Assembly (NCBI GenBank): GCA_030157865.1
Contig: JAOATY010000038.1
Location: 52,393 to 116,392, forward strand
DNA length: 64,000 bases
DNA from: Candidatus Nanopelagicales bacterium
GTDB taxonomy: Bacteria > Actinomycetota > Actinomycetes > S36-B12 > UBA5976
Reading direction: 5' to 3'
Position 1 is the first letter of the stretch, and each line of letters begins with the position of its first letter. The translations under genes were made by a program, and so were the position numbers. Positions 48,624 through 56,911 of this stretch are shown piece after piece. The notes under the pieces were generated by a model. The model had not been told where the DNA came from. It did not search any database and saw nothing but the letters and a program-made list of their open reading frames with translations.

Positions 48624-49192
48624 TAACTTTCACTTTCCAAAACTGCGGTAAGTACAACTCGCAACTCAGATTCAGTTGTCGGACCAAGGATTCGAGCCGC
48701 TACTCGCCCTTGTGAATCCAAAATAATTGTTGACGGTGTCGCAGCCGGGCCTAGATTTCCAAAAACTAAAGTCAACTGCCCGTCTTCATCGCGAATTGAT
48801 GGATATGAGGACTTGAATCTTTCGTTAAATGCTTTTGCAGCAGCAAGGCCATCACGAGTATTCAAACCAAGAAACTCAACGCCTTGATTCTTAAACTGCT
48901 GATATGAATTCTCTAATTCATCTGCTTCAGCTCGGCAAGGGCCACACCAGGATGCCCAGAGGTTTACGACAACTGGCTTACCTCGCCAATCAGCAATGTC
49001 GAGTTTTGAACCATCGAGAGTTTCACCGGCTAAGGAGATTGCATCGCCACGCTCTTCTGGAGACAAGAGCACCGTTGAGCCATCGCCAGAGATGTAGCCG
49101 GTATCTGAAGTGTTCGATCCAGTACTTGCGCTACATCCCGTGAGAAGTGCTATGCACGCTCCTGCCAAAATCCAAGCCGCAACTTTACGCAC
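48623..49192 (-). CDS. TlpA/ResA-like thioredoxin-fold lipoprotein
   Basis: WASWCGPCRAE active site and lipobox LLTGCS. The start is uncertain: GTG at 49192 is proposed, while the track ORF extends to 49252 and would overlap the upstream gene by 68 nt. Confidence 0.85.
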   Translation of the reverse strand: MRKVAAWILAGACIALLTGCSASTGSNTSDTGYISGDGSTVLLSPEERGDAISLAGETLDGSKLDIADWRGKPVVVNLWASWCGPCRAEADELENSYQQFKNQGVEFLGLNTRDGLAAAKAFNERFKSSYPSIRDEDGQLTLVFGNLGPAATPSTIILDSQGRVAARILGPTTESELRVVLTAVLESES

Positions 49193-49820
49193 CGGCGATC
49201 TTGCTCGCTTTCCCCAAAAGGTCAGCGCTCGGTTCGGTATACAAAACTGCAACTAACTTGTCATCATCGAAAGTCAATGAAGTTAGCGAAGCCAGGCTGC
49301 ATTGGCGCTTGCGCGGATCGTGCGGAAATCTGCGATCTTCGAAATCAAGTCGGCTAATCCAAATTGGAAGTTGGTGGCTGACTAGGACTGCTTCGTGACC
49401 CCGTGCTGCATCGCGAGCATCGGCTACCGCTTGACGCATTCGCGCAGCAACTACAACATAAGGCTCGCCCCATGATGGGCGAATCGGATTGTAGAGATGT
49501 TTCCAGGCTCGTGGCTGTCGCAGAACTCCATCGCCAACAGAAACTCGCTCGCCTTCGAATACGTTGTCGGCTTCGATCAAGTTTTCATCTGTACCGATGG
49601 TCAAGCCATGTACGCCGGCAATCGGCGCCGCGGTTTGCTGAGCTCGCTCTAGTGGCGATGCGATAACTGCAGTTACATCACGAGGTGCGAGAGCATCAGC
49701 AGCGCGCTGGGCCATTTCGTGACCTAGTTCAGAAAGTCGATATCCAGGAAGGCGTCCATAAAGGACCTTGTCCGGGTTATGTACTTCACCGTGACGCAGT
49801 AAGTGAACTGTTGTCCGCAT
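49185..49820 (-). CDS. Histidine phosphatase (phosphoglycerate mutase-like) family protein
   Basis: MRTTVHLLRHGEVHNP (RHG motif). The start at ATG 49820 avoids overlap with the hemD fusion. The track ORF to 50069 is an artefactual extension. Confidence 0.85.
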   Translation of the reverse strand: MRTTVHLLRHGEVHNPDKVLYGRLPGYRLSELGHEMAQRAADALAPRDVTAVIASPLERAQQTAAPIAGVHGLTIGTDENLIEADNVFEGERVSVGDGVLRQPRAWKHLYNPIRPSWGEPYVVVAARMRQAVADARDAARGHEAVLVSHQLPIWISRLDFEDRRFPHDPRKRQCSLASLTSLTFDDDKLVAVLYTEPSADLLGKASKIAGA

Positions 49821-49833
49821 ACTACTAATTAGA

Positions 49834-51420
49834 TCACGTTGCGCGACGTCGTGCAGCCGAGCGCTTACGAGACGGACGCCAGCCAACGGAGCCTGAAGTT
49901 TCAGCCTCATCGCGAAGTGCACCACCATGGACTGCCAAAGCGTTTGCAAGGGCAGTGATCGTGGCATCCTCAGGAAGTACATCCACGCGCAAACCATGCT
50001 CTTGAGCGGTCTTTGCAGTTGCTGGACCGATGCAAGCGATGATCGTAGTTGGATGAGGCTTTCCAGCAATTCCTACCAAGTTACGAACTGTGCTACTTGA
50101 GGTGAAGATCACAGCATCGAATCCACCACTCTTGATGGCTTCGCGAGTCTCAACTGCAGGAGGCGCAGCGCGAACGGTACGGAATGCTGTGACGTCTTCG
50201 ACTTCCCAGCCAAGAGCAGTTAGACCAGCAACCAAAGTGTCAGTTGCGATGTCAGCACGTGGCAAGAAGATTCGATTAATCGGATCGTTGATTGAATCAA
50301 ACTCCGGCCATTCCTCAAGCAGGCTGGCGGTTGTTTGTTCCTCTTCTGGAACTAGGTCTGGACGCACACCCATTGCGATCAACGCATTAACTGTGTCCTC
50401 GCCAATTGCAGCAATCTTGATTCCCGAAAGTGATCGAGCATCTAATCCATATTCTTCAAAACGCTCGCGAATCGCGCGCACTGCATTCAGGCTTGTGAAG
50501 ATAACCCATTCAAATCTTCCGGAAACAAGTCCGTGAATTGCACGTTCCATTTGTTGTGGTGTGCGAGGTGGCTCAACCGACATCGTTGGAACTTCAAACG
50601 GGACTGCGCCAAATGAAATCATTTGTTCGCGTAGGTCTTCAGTTGAATCCTTAGTACGAGGTACAAGTACGCGCCAGCCATGCAGCGGACGATTCTCAAA
50701 CCAGGCGGTGCGATCACCGACGGTTTCACCGATGATGACTATGCCATTACCACTTTGCTTTGCAAGCTTTACTGCATTCGGTAGTGCCTCAAGTGTTGAG
50801 TGCAAAGAACGCTGCTCAACAGTTGCGCCATCTCGCACGATTGCAACTGGTGTTGAACCGTCGCGACCTGCCTTGATAAGCGCCTTTGAAACTTCAGTTA
50901 CACGATCGGCTGCATTGTGAACCACAAGTGTCACAAGCGGATCAATGTGCGCTGACCAATCAACGATTGGTGAGTCAGCATCGATGATGCGAACTTCACG
51001 AGTACGGCCACCAGTTAGTGAAACACCAACGTGTGCTGCAACTGCAGTTAGCGGAGATACGCCAGCAGCAACTTCGAAGGCATGTCCTGCCTTAGCGATT
51101 GCTGAGGTCTCCATAGCAAGACGACCGTCAAGAACTGGATCACCTGAAAGTAGGCGAACTACCTGCAGGCCTTCCTTGCGCGCATCTAACAAAACTTTTG
51201 TGCGGGCTGCTAATGAAAGCGGCGCACCTACGTTGTCCACGGCAACTAGTACTTGTCCCGATGAAACTATCTCGGCAAGGCGAGTTACTTCCTCGTCAAC
51301 AACTACGACGTCAGCTGCCTGAAGCAACCGATGTGCGCGAACTGTTAGTAAATCTGGGTCGCCAGGTCCGGCAACCACAAAAGACACTCCGACTGCGGCA
51401 GAAATCTGCGAGCTAGCCAT
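49834..51420 (-). CDS. hemD: Bifunctional uroporphyrinogen-III C-methyltransferase-like / uroporphyrinogen-III synthase
   Basis: 528 aa. The N-terminal tetrapyrrole methylase domain (FVVAGPGDPDLLTVRA...) is fused to a C-terminal HemD domain (WRVLVPR...VIFTS...IFTSSSTV...IACIGPATA), like the mycobacterial HemD fusion. Confidence 0.85.
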   Translation of the reverse strand: MASSQISAAVGVSFVVAGPGDPDLLTVRAHRLLQAADVVVVDEEVTRLAEIVSSGQVLVAVDNVGAPLSLAARTKVLLDARKEGLQVVRLLSGDPVLDGRLAMETSAIAKAGHAFEVAAGVSPLTAVAAHVGVSLTGGRTREVRIIDADSPIVDWSAHIDPLVTLVVHNAADRVTEVSKALIKAGRDGSTPVAIVRDGATVEQRSLHSTLEALPNAVKLAKQSGNGIVIIGETVGDRTAWFENRPLHGWRVLVPRTKDSTEDLREQMISFGAVPFEVPTMSVEPPRTPQQMERAIHGLVSGRFEWVIFTSLNAVRAIRERFEEYGLDARSLSGIKIAAIGEDTVNALIAMGVRPDLVPEEEQTTASLLEEWPEFDSINDPINRIFLPRADIATDTLVAGLTALGWEVEDVTAFRTVRAAPPAVETREAIKSGGFDAVIFTSSSTVRNLVGIAGKPHPTTIIACIGPATAKTAQEHGLRVDVLPEDATITALANALAVHGGALRDEAETSGSVGWRPSRKRSAARRRAT

Positions 51421-51467
51421 TTACACACCTACCTTGTTTGTGTACTTACAGCTTTGGGAAGTCATTT

Positions 51468-52181
51468 TTATCCTGCATTCGCTTGAGTCAGCGCGCTTTG
51501 AGATTTGCGCTGTTCGTGGAATGCAAGAATCTGTAGTTCGGTCGCAAGGTCTACGCGACGCACGTCAACACCAGCTGGTACTTCGATAAGTACCGGTGCG
51601 AAATTCAAAATACTTGTGATGCCATTGCGAACCATTACGTCGCAAACTTCTTGAGCCGCAGCTTCTGGTGTAGCTATGACCCCAATTGATGCCCCAGTAC
51701 TAAGAACGACCTGCGGCAATTTAGAAATGTCGGTAACAACAATTTCTTTGCCAGCGACTGTGACGGATTCACCAACGCGTTGCGGGTCGGTATCAAAGAG
51801 GCCAACAACAGAAAAGCCACGCGATGCAAAACCTGGGTAACCAGCAAGGGCATTTCCGAGGTTTCCAATACCAACAATCACAACTGGCCAAACCTGAGTA
51901 AGGCCTAAAGCGCGAGCAATTTGGTAGAGCAAGAATTCGACATCGTAGCCAACGCCACGAGTTCCGTATGAACCCAAGAAGGAAAGATCTTTGCGAAGTT
52001 TTGCACTAGACACACCACTGGCCTCGGCCAACTCTTCGGACGAGACCAGGAGAACTCCACGCGCAGTTAATGACAGGAGGCTGCGGTGATACATCGGAAG
52101 ACGACTAACGGTCGCGTCGGGGATAACACCACGAGCACTTACGTGCGCGCTAGGCGTTTGTGACAGCGACATTAAAACCAT
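51468..52181 (-). CDS. rex: Redox-sensing transcriptional repressor Rex
   Basis: ATVSRLPMYHRSL (winged helix) and the IVGIGNLGNALAGY Rossmann motif. Confidence 0.93.
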   Translation of the reverse strand: MVLMSLSQTPSAHVSARGVIPDATVSRLPMYHRSLLSLTARGVLLVSSEELAEASGVSSAKLRKDLSFLGSYGTRGVGYDVEFLLYQIARALGLTQVWPVVIVGIGNLGNALAGYPGFASRGFSVVGLFDTDPQRVGESVTVAGKEIVVTDISKLPQVVLSTGASIGVIATPEAAAQEVCDVMVRNGITSILNFAPVLIEVPAGVDVRRVDLATELQILAFHEQRKSQSALTQANAG

Positions 52182-52324
52182 CCCTTTTTGTGTCCGTTGG
52201 CGATCAGGTTATGCGCCTTTTCGCTTTGTGCAAAATTGGCGCAGTGACCCTAAATCGTGCTAGGGAAAACAAGGATTTTTGATGTTACAAACGTGACTGG
52301 TGTGACTTGACGGCGACACGAAAT

Positions 52325-52573
52325 TTACTTGGTTTTTTTCGATAATGCGGTTCGCAAGCGTGCTTCATCAACGCGCCACTTGTCGTGGATCTTTCCGTCA
52401 ATCATGGTTACCGGAATTGATTCAAAATACTGATCAGCTAGCTGAGCGTCTTCCAAGATCGAAAGTTCACTCCAAGTTTCACCAAGTTCTTCACATACTT
52501 TGGCGATTATTAACCTGGCGTTTTCGCACAAATGGCAATCTGGTTTTCCAATGAGTACAACACGAGATTCCAT
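52325..52573 (-). CDS. Glutaredoxin-like protein (DUF836-type)
   Basis: MESRVVLIGKPDCHLCENA... is 82 aa. The longer track ORF (to 52741) would overlap the divergent HAD gene. Confidence 0.8.
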   Translation of the reverse strand: MESRVVLIGKPDCHLCENARLIIAKVCEELGETWSELSILEDAQLADQYFESIPVTMIDGKIHDKWRVDEARLRTALSKKTK

Positions 52574-52634
52574 TTTTCTGCTCCCTTCGGTCTGTAACCA
52601 GTGTGGCACACTACATTCGCAGTACCCTTTAAAC

Positions 52635-53459
52635 ATGGGCGCAAATTCGATCGGAATGCCTAGCGACATAGGTACTCCAGAGCCACGAAACATCGGTGCG
52701 TTCTTCGATATCGACAATACGATCATGCGCGGCGCGAGCATCTACCACTTAGCTCGAGGCCTATTCGCTCGAAAGATTTTGAGCGCAACTGACTTAGCTA
52801 ACTTTGCAATCGCCCAAGGCAAGTTTCTAACTTACGGATCCGAAAATCTTTCTGACATGGCACGCATCACGGAGAATGCGCTCTCATTTGTCACTGGTAG
52901 AACAGTCGAAGAAGTTGTCGGATTGTCCGAAGAAATTTACGACGAAATCATGGCTGACAAAGTTTGGCCTGGCACCGTGCAATTGGCGCACACGCACCGA
53001 GCAGCAGGACATCAAGTATGGCTAGTTTCGGCGGCACCAATTGAGCTGGCAAACATTATTGCAACCAGACTTGGATTGAGTGGCGCAATCGCAACTGTCA
53101 GCGAAGTTGAAAATGGTGTCTATACCGGCCGACTTAAAAATCCTCCGATGCATGGCGAGCAAAAAGCAATCGCGGTGGCTACGTTAGCCAGTGAACATGG
53201 TTTGGATTTAGTTCACAGCTTTGCGTATTCGGATTCCAGTAATGACATACCTCTTTTGAATAGTGTTGGAAATCCAACTGCTATCAATCCAGATTCGGCA
53301 CTGCGAAATGTTGCCACATTAAATGGCTGGCCAGTGCATGATTTCCGCAGACAGAGATTAGTTAAGCGTTATGGCGTACCTGCGGGCGCAACAGCCATTG
53401 CATTAGTAGGCGCGGGTGCCGGGTTAGCAATTGCTGCCACCCGACGCTCCCGCGCCTGA
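52635..53459 (+). CDS. HAD-IB family hydrolase (SerB1-like) with C-terminal TM anchor
   Basis: FFDIDNTI (DxDxT), SAAP and YSDSSNDIPLL. The start is uncertain (ATG 52635 or 52656), and the track start at 52500 is rejected. Confidence 0.82.
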   Translation: MGANSIGMPSDIGTPEPRNIGAFFDIDNTIMRGASIYHLARGLFARKILSATDLANFAIAQGKFLTYGSENLSDMARITENALSFVTGRTVEEVVGLSEEIYDEIMADKVWPGTVQLAHTHRAAGHQVWLVSAAPIELANIIATRLGLSGAIATVSEVENGVYTGRLKNPPMHGEQKAIAVATLASEHGLDLVHSFAYSDSSNDIPLLNSVGNPTAINPDSALRNVATLNGWPVHDFRRQRLVKRYGVPAGATAIALVGAGAGLAIAATRRSRA

Positions 53460-53474
53460 AGTTTTTGAAAGGGT

Positions 53475-53576
53475 TTACTTACCCTTATTGCGACGCTGTG
53501 AACGCGTCTTCTTAAGCATTTTGCGATGCTTCTTCTTGGCCATGCGCTTGCGGCGCTTCTTGATCACCGAGCCCAT
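53475..53576 (-). CDS. 30S ribosomal protein bS22 (33 aa)
   Basis: MGSVIKKRRKRMAKKKHRKMLKKTRSQRRNKGK matches the actinobacterial bS22 (AURKAIP1/COX24-like) peptide. The track ORF is N-terminally over-extended. Confidence 0.88.
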   Translation of the reverse strand: MGSVIKKRRKRMAKKKHRKMLKKTRSQRRNKGK

Positions 53577-53669
53577 TTGGACCACCTTTACTTGTGTTGT
53601 TAAACCGAGTCTACGTGCTTGCGTTAGAGATCTTGCGCTTGGACTGGATTGCTCCAAATTCCGTTGTGA

Positions 53670-53876
53670 TTAACCTGCTTCTACAAAAGATTCCTGTAGG
53701 TAGGTATGCACTGCTTGTTCTGGAATTCGAAATGATCGACCAACCTGAACAGCTGGTAGTTCACCGTTGTGTACTAAGCGATACACAGTCATTTTTGAAA
53801 CGCGCATTGCAGTTGCAACTTCAGCAACAGTTAAGAAGCGAACTTCCCCGAGCGGACGTTCATTGGATGCACCCAT
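53670..53876 (-). CDS. Excisionase-family helix-turn-helix DNA-binding protein
   Basis: FLTVAEVATAMRVSKMTVYRLVHNGELPAVQVGRSFRIPEQAV is a conserved actinobacterial small HTH located next to bS22 and proC. Confidence 0.88.
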   Translation of the reverse strand: MGASNERPLGEVRFLTVAEVATAMRVSKMTVYRLVHNGELPAVQVGRSFRIPEQAVHTYLQESFVEAG

Positions 53877-53955
53877 AGGTCACCGAAACCATTCTGTGTG
53901 GGCTAAGCACCGGCTTCCCCTCCGGGCTGAACTTCACACTAATTCGTAGATGCTT

Positions 53956-53984
53956 ACATTAGTGGCGAATGGGACTGAAGTGAA
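53956..53984 (-). promoter_or_regulatory. Putative promoter TTCACT-17 nt-TAATGT for the HTH/bS22 genes
   Basis: Read on the minus strand (-10 = + 53956-53961; -35 = + 53979-53984), about 75 nt upstream of the HTH start codon. Confidence 0.3.
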
Positions 53985-54003
53985 AGTCGGTTCAGAAAGT
54001 AAC

Positions 54004-54027
54004 TTAAATTACACGCGTGTAATTTAA
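54004..54027. repeat. Perfect 24-bp palindrome TTAAATTACACG|CGTGTAATTTAA
   Basis: Verified base by base. It lies in the 232-nt spacer between the proC stop and the HTH gene start, ~20 nt upstream of the putative -35. Confidence 0.9.
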
Positions 54028-54108
54028 AACTCGTTACTGCTGACCCGTCCTAATTGTTTGCGTCGCAAACACAATTTCGAGCTGTATTCATTTGTTCAAA
54101 AGAACTGG

Positions 54109-54906
54109 TTATTGCATACCCAGTTCTTTTGAACGATCACGCGCTGCTTCCATTGCACTTAAAAACGCAGCACGCACTTTAAAGTCATCAAACTGACGAA
54201 GTGCTGCAACCGTGGTGCCACCCGGTGAAGTAACTTGCTCACGTAAAACTGTTGGATGCTCTTTAGTTTCTCGAAGCATCGTGGCTGCGCCATAAACCGT
54301 TTGCAACACCAAATCGTTTGCCACATCGCGCGGCAAACCAAGCATTACTCCGCCCTCAATCATCGCCTCGACAACATAAAAGATGTAAGCAGGACCGGAA
54401 CCCGAGATCGCAGTAACAGCGTCCTGGTACTTCTCAGGGACTCTCACCACTTGTCCAACGCTGCGCAATAAAGTTTCCGCGGTTAGCAGGTGATCTTCGG
54501 TGCAATTCGATCCTGGATTAATTGCCGCCATACCTTGATCAACTAATGCAGGAGTGTTTGGCATAACGCGAACTACCGGAGTCTTGGCTGGAAGTAGGTC
54601 TTCCATGAATCCTGTGGTGATACCTGCAGCAAGTGAAACAACTAGAGTTCCTGGCTTGAGTGAATCTTTGATTTCACCCAAAACGATGGCCATGTCTTGT
54701 GGTTTAACCACAAGAACAACAGTGTCTGCCTTGCCCGAAACGTCTTGATTAGTGCCGTTAGCAACGCCATATTCTTGAGTTAATTCAGCAGATCTTTCGA
54801 TCCGACGATCTGCAATCAACAGCTCCGACTTAGGAACTCCAGCACGTAACAGGCCCGCTAATAAGGTCTCCCCCATAACGCCAGCCCCGATGATGGCGGT
54901 TGTCAT
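54109..54906 (-). CDS. proC: Pyrroline-5-carboxylate reductase
   Basis: 265 aa with IIGAGVMGETL and a C-terminal ...VTSPGGTTVAAL motif. Confidence 0.94.
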   Translation of the reverse strand: MTTAIIGAGVMGETLLAGLLRAGVPKSELLIADRRIERSAELTQEYGVANGTNQDVSGKADTVVLVVKPQDMAIVLGEIKDSLKPGTLVVSLAAGITTGFMEDLLPAKTPVVRVMPNTPALVDQGMAAINPGSNCTEDHLLTAETLLRSVGQVVRVPEKYQDAVTAISGSGPAYIFYVVEAMIEGGVMLGLPRDVANDLVLQTVYGAATMLRETKEHPTVLREQVTSPGGTTVAALRQFDDFKVRAAFLSAMEAARDRSKELGMQ

Positions 54907-54915
54907 AACGCAGTC

Positions 54916-55845
54916 CTAACTCTTGGAAACTAAGGATCTCAAGAAGAGTGAAAGGTTGGATGGCTTCTCTGCCATACGACGCATTAAGTATGGGTACCAC
55001 TGATCGCCATAAGGTACGTAAACGCGAACCTTGTGGCCAAGTTCTGCTAGTCGCACCTGCTCATCTGGACGCACACCAAGCAACATCTGGAATTCAAAAG
55101 TTTCTTTTGCGCGTCCACTGCGAAGGGCTAAAGCCTGGCCAATCTGGATTAGTCGTGGATCGTGAGTTGCCAACATTGGGTAAGCATCTGATTCGATCAA
55201 GTTACGCATGCTGCGGACATAAGCCTTATCGATTTCACCGCGATCAACAAAAGCTACGTCAGCAGCTTCGGCATACGCACCCTTACAAAGTCGGATACGG
55301 GAATCGGCGTAAGAGTAGGCAGCTACGTCATCTTCAGTGCGATGAAGTTGAGCTTGAAGTACGCCACCGGTAGTTGGAAACTCTTTACGAACTTCGGACA
55401 AAATTCGAAGTGTTGAATCAATTGTTGTGTGATCTTCCATGTCGAAAGTCACTGTTGTGCCCACCTGCTTTGCGATGGAACAAATCTCAAGTGCGTTTTC
55501 TAGTGCAATGCTTTCGCCGCTGTCGCCAAGTGCTTGGCCGACTGCAGAAAGCTTTACGGAAACTTCAGCGCTGTCTGAAAGTCCAGCACCCGACAATGCG
55601 CGAAGTACATCTTTGTAGTCAGAAACAGTTGTGTCGGCGGCGGCGCGATCAAGTGTGTCTTCACCAAGTCGATCGACGGTTGCTAGTAGTCCTAGGTCAT
55701 GGAGATTCTGAACTGTTGAAACAACGTCAGCTGTTGTTGTGCCAGCGACGAATCGATTAACTACACCGCGGCTAAGTGGTGACGTGGAAACAAGATGTTC
55801 CAACTTTTCACTGCGTGATGCTGAAACTAATAATTCGCGAAGCAT
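54916..55845 (-). CDS. Proline dehydrogenase (monofunctional PRODH)
   Basis: 309-aa PutA-type TIM barrel with ...RLCKGAY... and ...YVPYG..WYPYLMRRMAE. Confidence 0.88.
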   Translation of the reverse strand: MLRELLVSASRSEKLEHLVSTSPLSRGVVNRFVAGTTTADVVSTVQNLHDLGLLATVDRLGEDTLDRAAADTTVSDYKDVLRALSGAGLSDSAEVSVKLSAVGQALGDSGESIALENALEICSIAKQVGTTVTFDMEDHTTIDSTLRILSEVRKEFPTTGGVLQAQLHRTEDDVAAYSYADSRIRLCKGAYAEAADVAFVDRGEIDKAYVRSMRNLIESDAYPMLATHDPRLIQIGQALALRSGRAKETFEFQMLLGVRPDEQVRLAELGHKVRVYVPYGDQWYPYLMRRMAEKPSNLSLFLRSLVSKS

Positions 55846-55907
55846 GGCTCTCCCACCTTTGGTGACCCCGGGAATGGATCTAGGCCTTACTTTACGCGGT
55901 TATTCAG

Positions 55908-56843
55908 TTACTCGGCATCGTCAGGGAACCAGTCCAGACGACGCAGGATGATTCCTTCGCGAAGTGCCCACGGGCAGATTTCTAGAGTTTCCAGATTCAA
56001 GAACTCCATGGCTTCTTGCGCCACAATCGCGCCAGCTAATAATTGTTCGGCTCTGCCGGTTGATATTCCTGGCAATTGCGCGCGCTGCCCATGTGTCATC
56101 TCCGCAATTTTTGGCACCCACTTATTCAGGGCTTGGAGCGGAAGTTCTCGCTGAACTCGCTGGCCTTCACTTGATGGCGCTGCGCCACACAATCGAGCAA
56201 GTTGTTTAAACGTTTTGCTCGTGGCAACTGCGTGATCAAATTCACCCTCAAGCAAGTGTGCGAAATCAGTTTCCAAAGTTTTCTTTACATACTTTCGAAG
56301 AGCCTTAATCTCATCGGCACTCGGAATTTCAGTCGTGAAAAAGTCACGGGTCAATCGACCGGCACCAAGCGGCGTTGACATCGCAAGTTCAGGATGTTCG
56401 TCGGTTCCGATCGCAACTTCAAATGAACCGCCACCAATGTCGGCAACGAGCAATCTGCCCGACGACCAGCCAAACCATCGACGCACTGCCAGGAACGTAA
56501 GTATGGCTTCATGTTCGCCATCAAGTACCTGCAGGTCAATCCCAGTTTCGGTCTTGATCTTTTCGAGAATTGCATTTGAATTCTTTGATTCACGAATTGC
56601 CGAAGTGGCGAAAGCCAGTAGCTCGTCGCAATCGTGCTGCTTTATGTATTCATTGCATTCCTGCAGAACTTCAATCAGAGTCTTTACAGAGGACTTCTTA
56701 AGGTCGCCATCAGCCTTAAGTTGCTCGGCCAACCGCAGTTCATATTTCTGCGACATTGTTGGAATCGGAGCAGCACCCGCGTGAGCATCAACGATCAGTA
56801 GGTGAACAGTGTTTGAACCAACGTCTAACACTCCCATTCGCAT
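55908..56843 (-). CDS. ppx: Ppx/GppA-family exopolyphosphatase
   Basis: MRMGVLDVGSNTVHLLIVD and DIGGGSFE (ASKHA fold). Confidence 0.9.
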   Translation of the reverse strand: MRMGVLDVGSNTVHLLIVDAHAGAAPIPTMSQKYELRLAEQLKADGDLKKSSVKTLIEVLQECNEYIKQHDCDELLAFATSAIRESKNSNAILEKIKTETGIDLQVLDGEHEAILTFLAVRRWFGWSSGRLLVADIGGGSFEVAIGTDEHPELAMSTPLGAGRLTRDFFTTEIPSADEIKALRKYVKKTLETDFAHLLEGEFDHAVATSKTFKQLARLCGAAPSSEGQRVQRELPLQALNKWVPKIAEMTHGQRAQLPGISTGRAEQLLAGAIVAQEAMEFLNLETLEICPWALREGIILRRLDWFPDDAE

Positions 56844-56911
56844 ACCTGAAACAGTACTAGCGGACTAGGTGCTGGGTAGGTAAGCACTCACGTACGCAAT
56901 AGGATTTATCC

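Noticed and set aside
49821-50069. N-terminal 83-codon extension of the histidine phosphatase ORF
   Set aside because: The extension overlaps the 3' end of the hemD fusion in another frame. The conserved RHG-motif N-terminus begins at MRTTVHLLRHG (ATG 49820). I trimmed similar over-extensions for the grx-like (52574-52741), HAD (52500-52634), dtd (62050-62103), menG (32407-32445), yajQ (12798-12827) and bS22 (53577-53657) ORFs.
50090-51322. Three consecutive long + strand ORFs (148, 119 and 125 aa)
   Set aside because: All are antisense to the cobA/hemD fusion gene and are low-complexity Ser/Ala/Arg-rich. The same applies to the antisense ORFs in nuoG (24559-25527), menB (41646-42251), menF (34035-34481), ppx (56335-56784), PRODH (54948-55760) and dtd (62118-62561).
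52226-52243. TTGTGCAAAATTGGCGCA upstream of rex, as a possible autoregulatory Rex operator
   Set aside because: Only the left half-site resembles the consensus. The right half (TGGCGCA versus TTCACAA) matches at 2 of 7 positions.
52600-52612. 13-bp palindrome AGTGTG-G-CACACT in the grx-like/HAD divergent spacer, and the 10-bp palindrome GTTCGCGAAC at 45051-45060
   Set aside because: Both are too short to distinguish from chance in 64 kb, and neither matches a known operator consensus that I can name.
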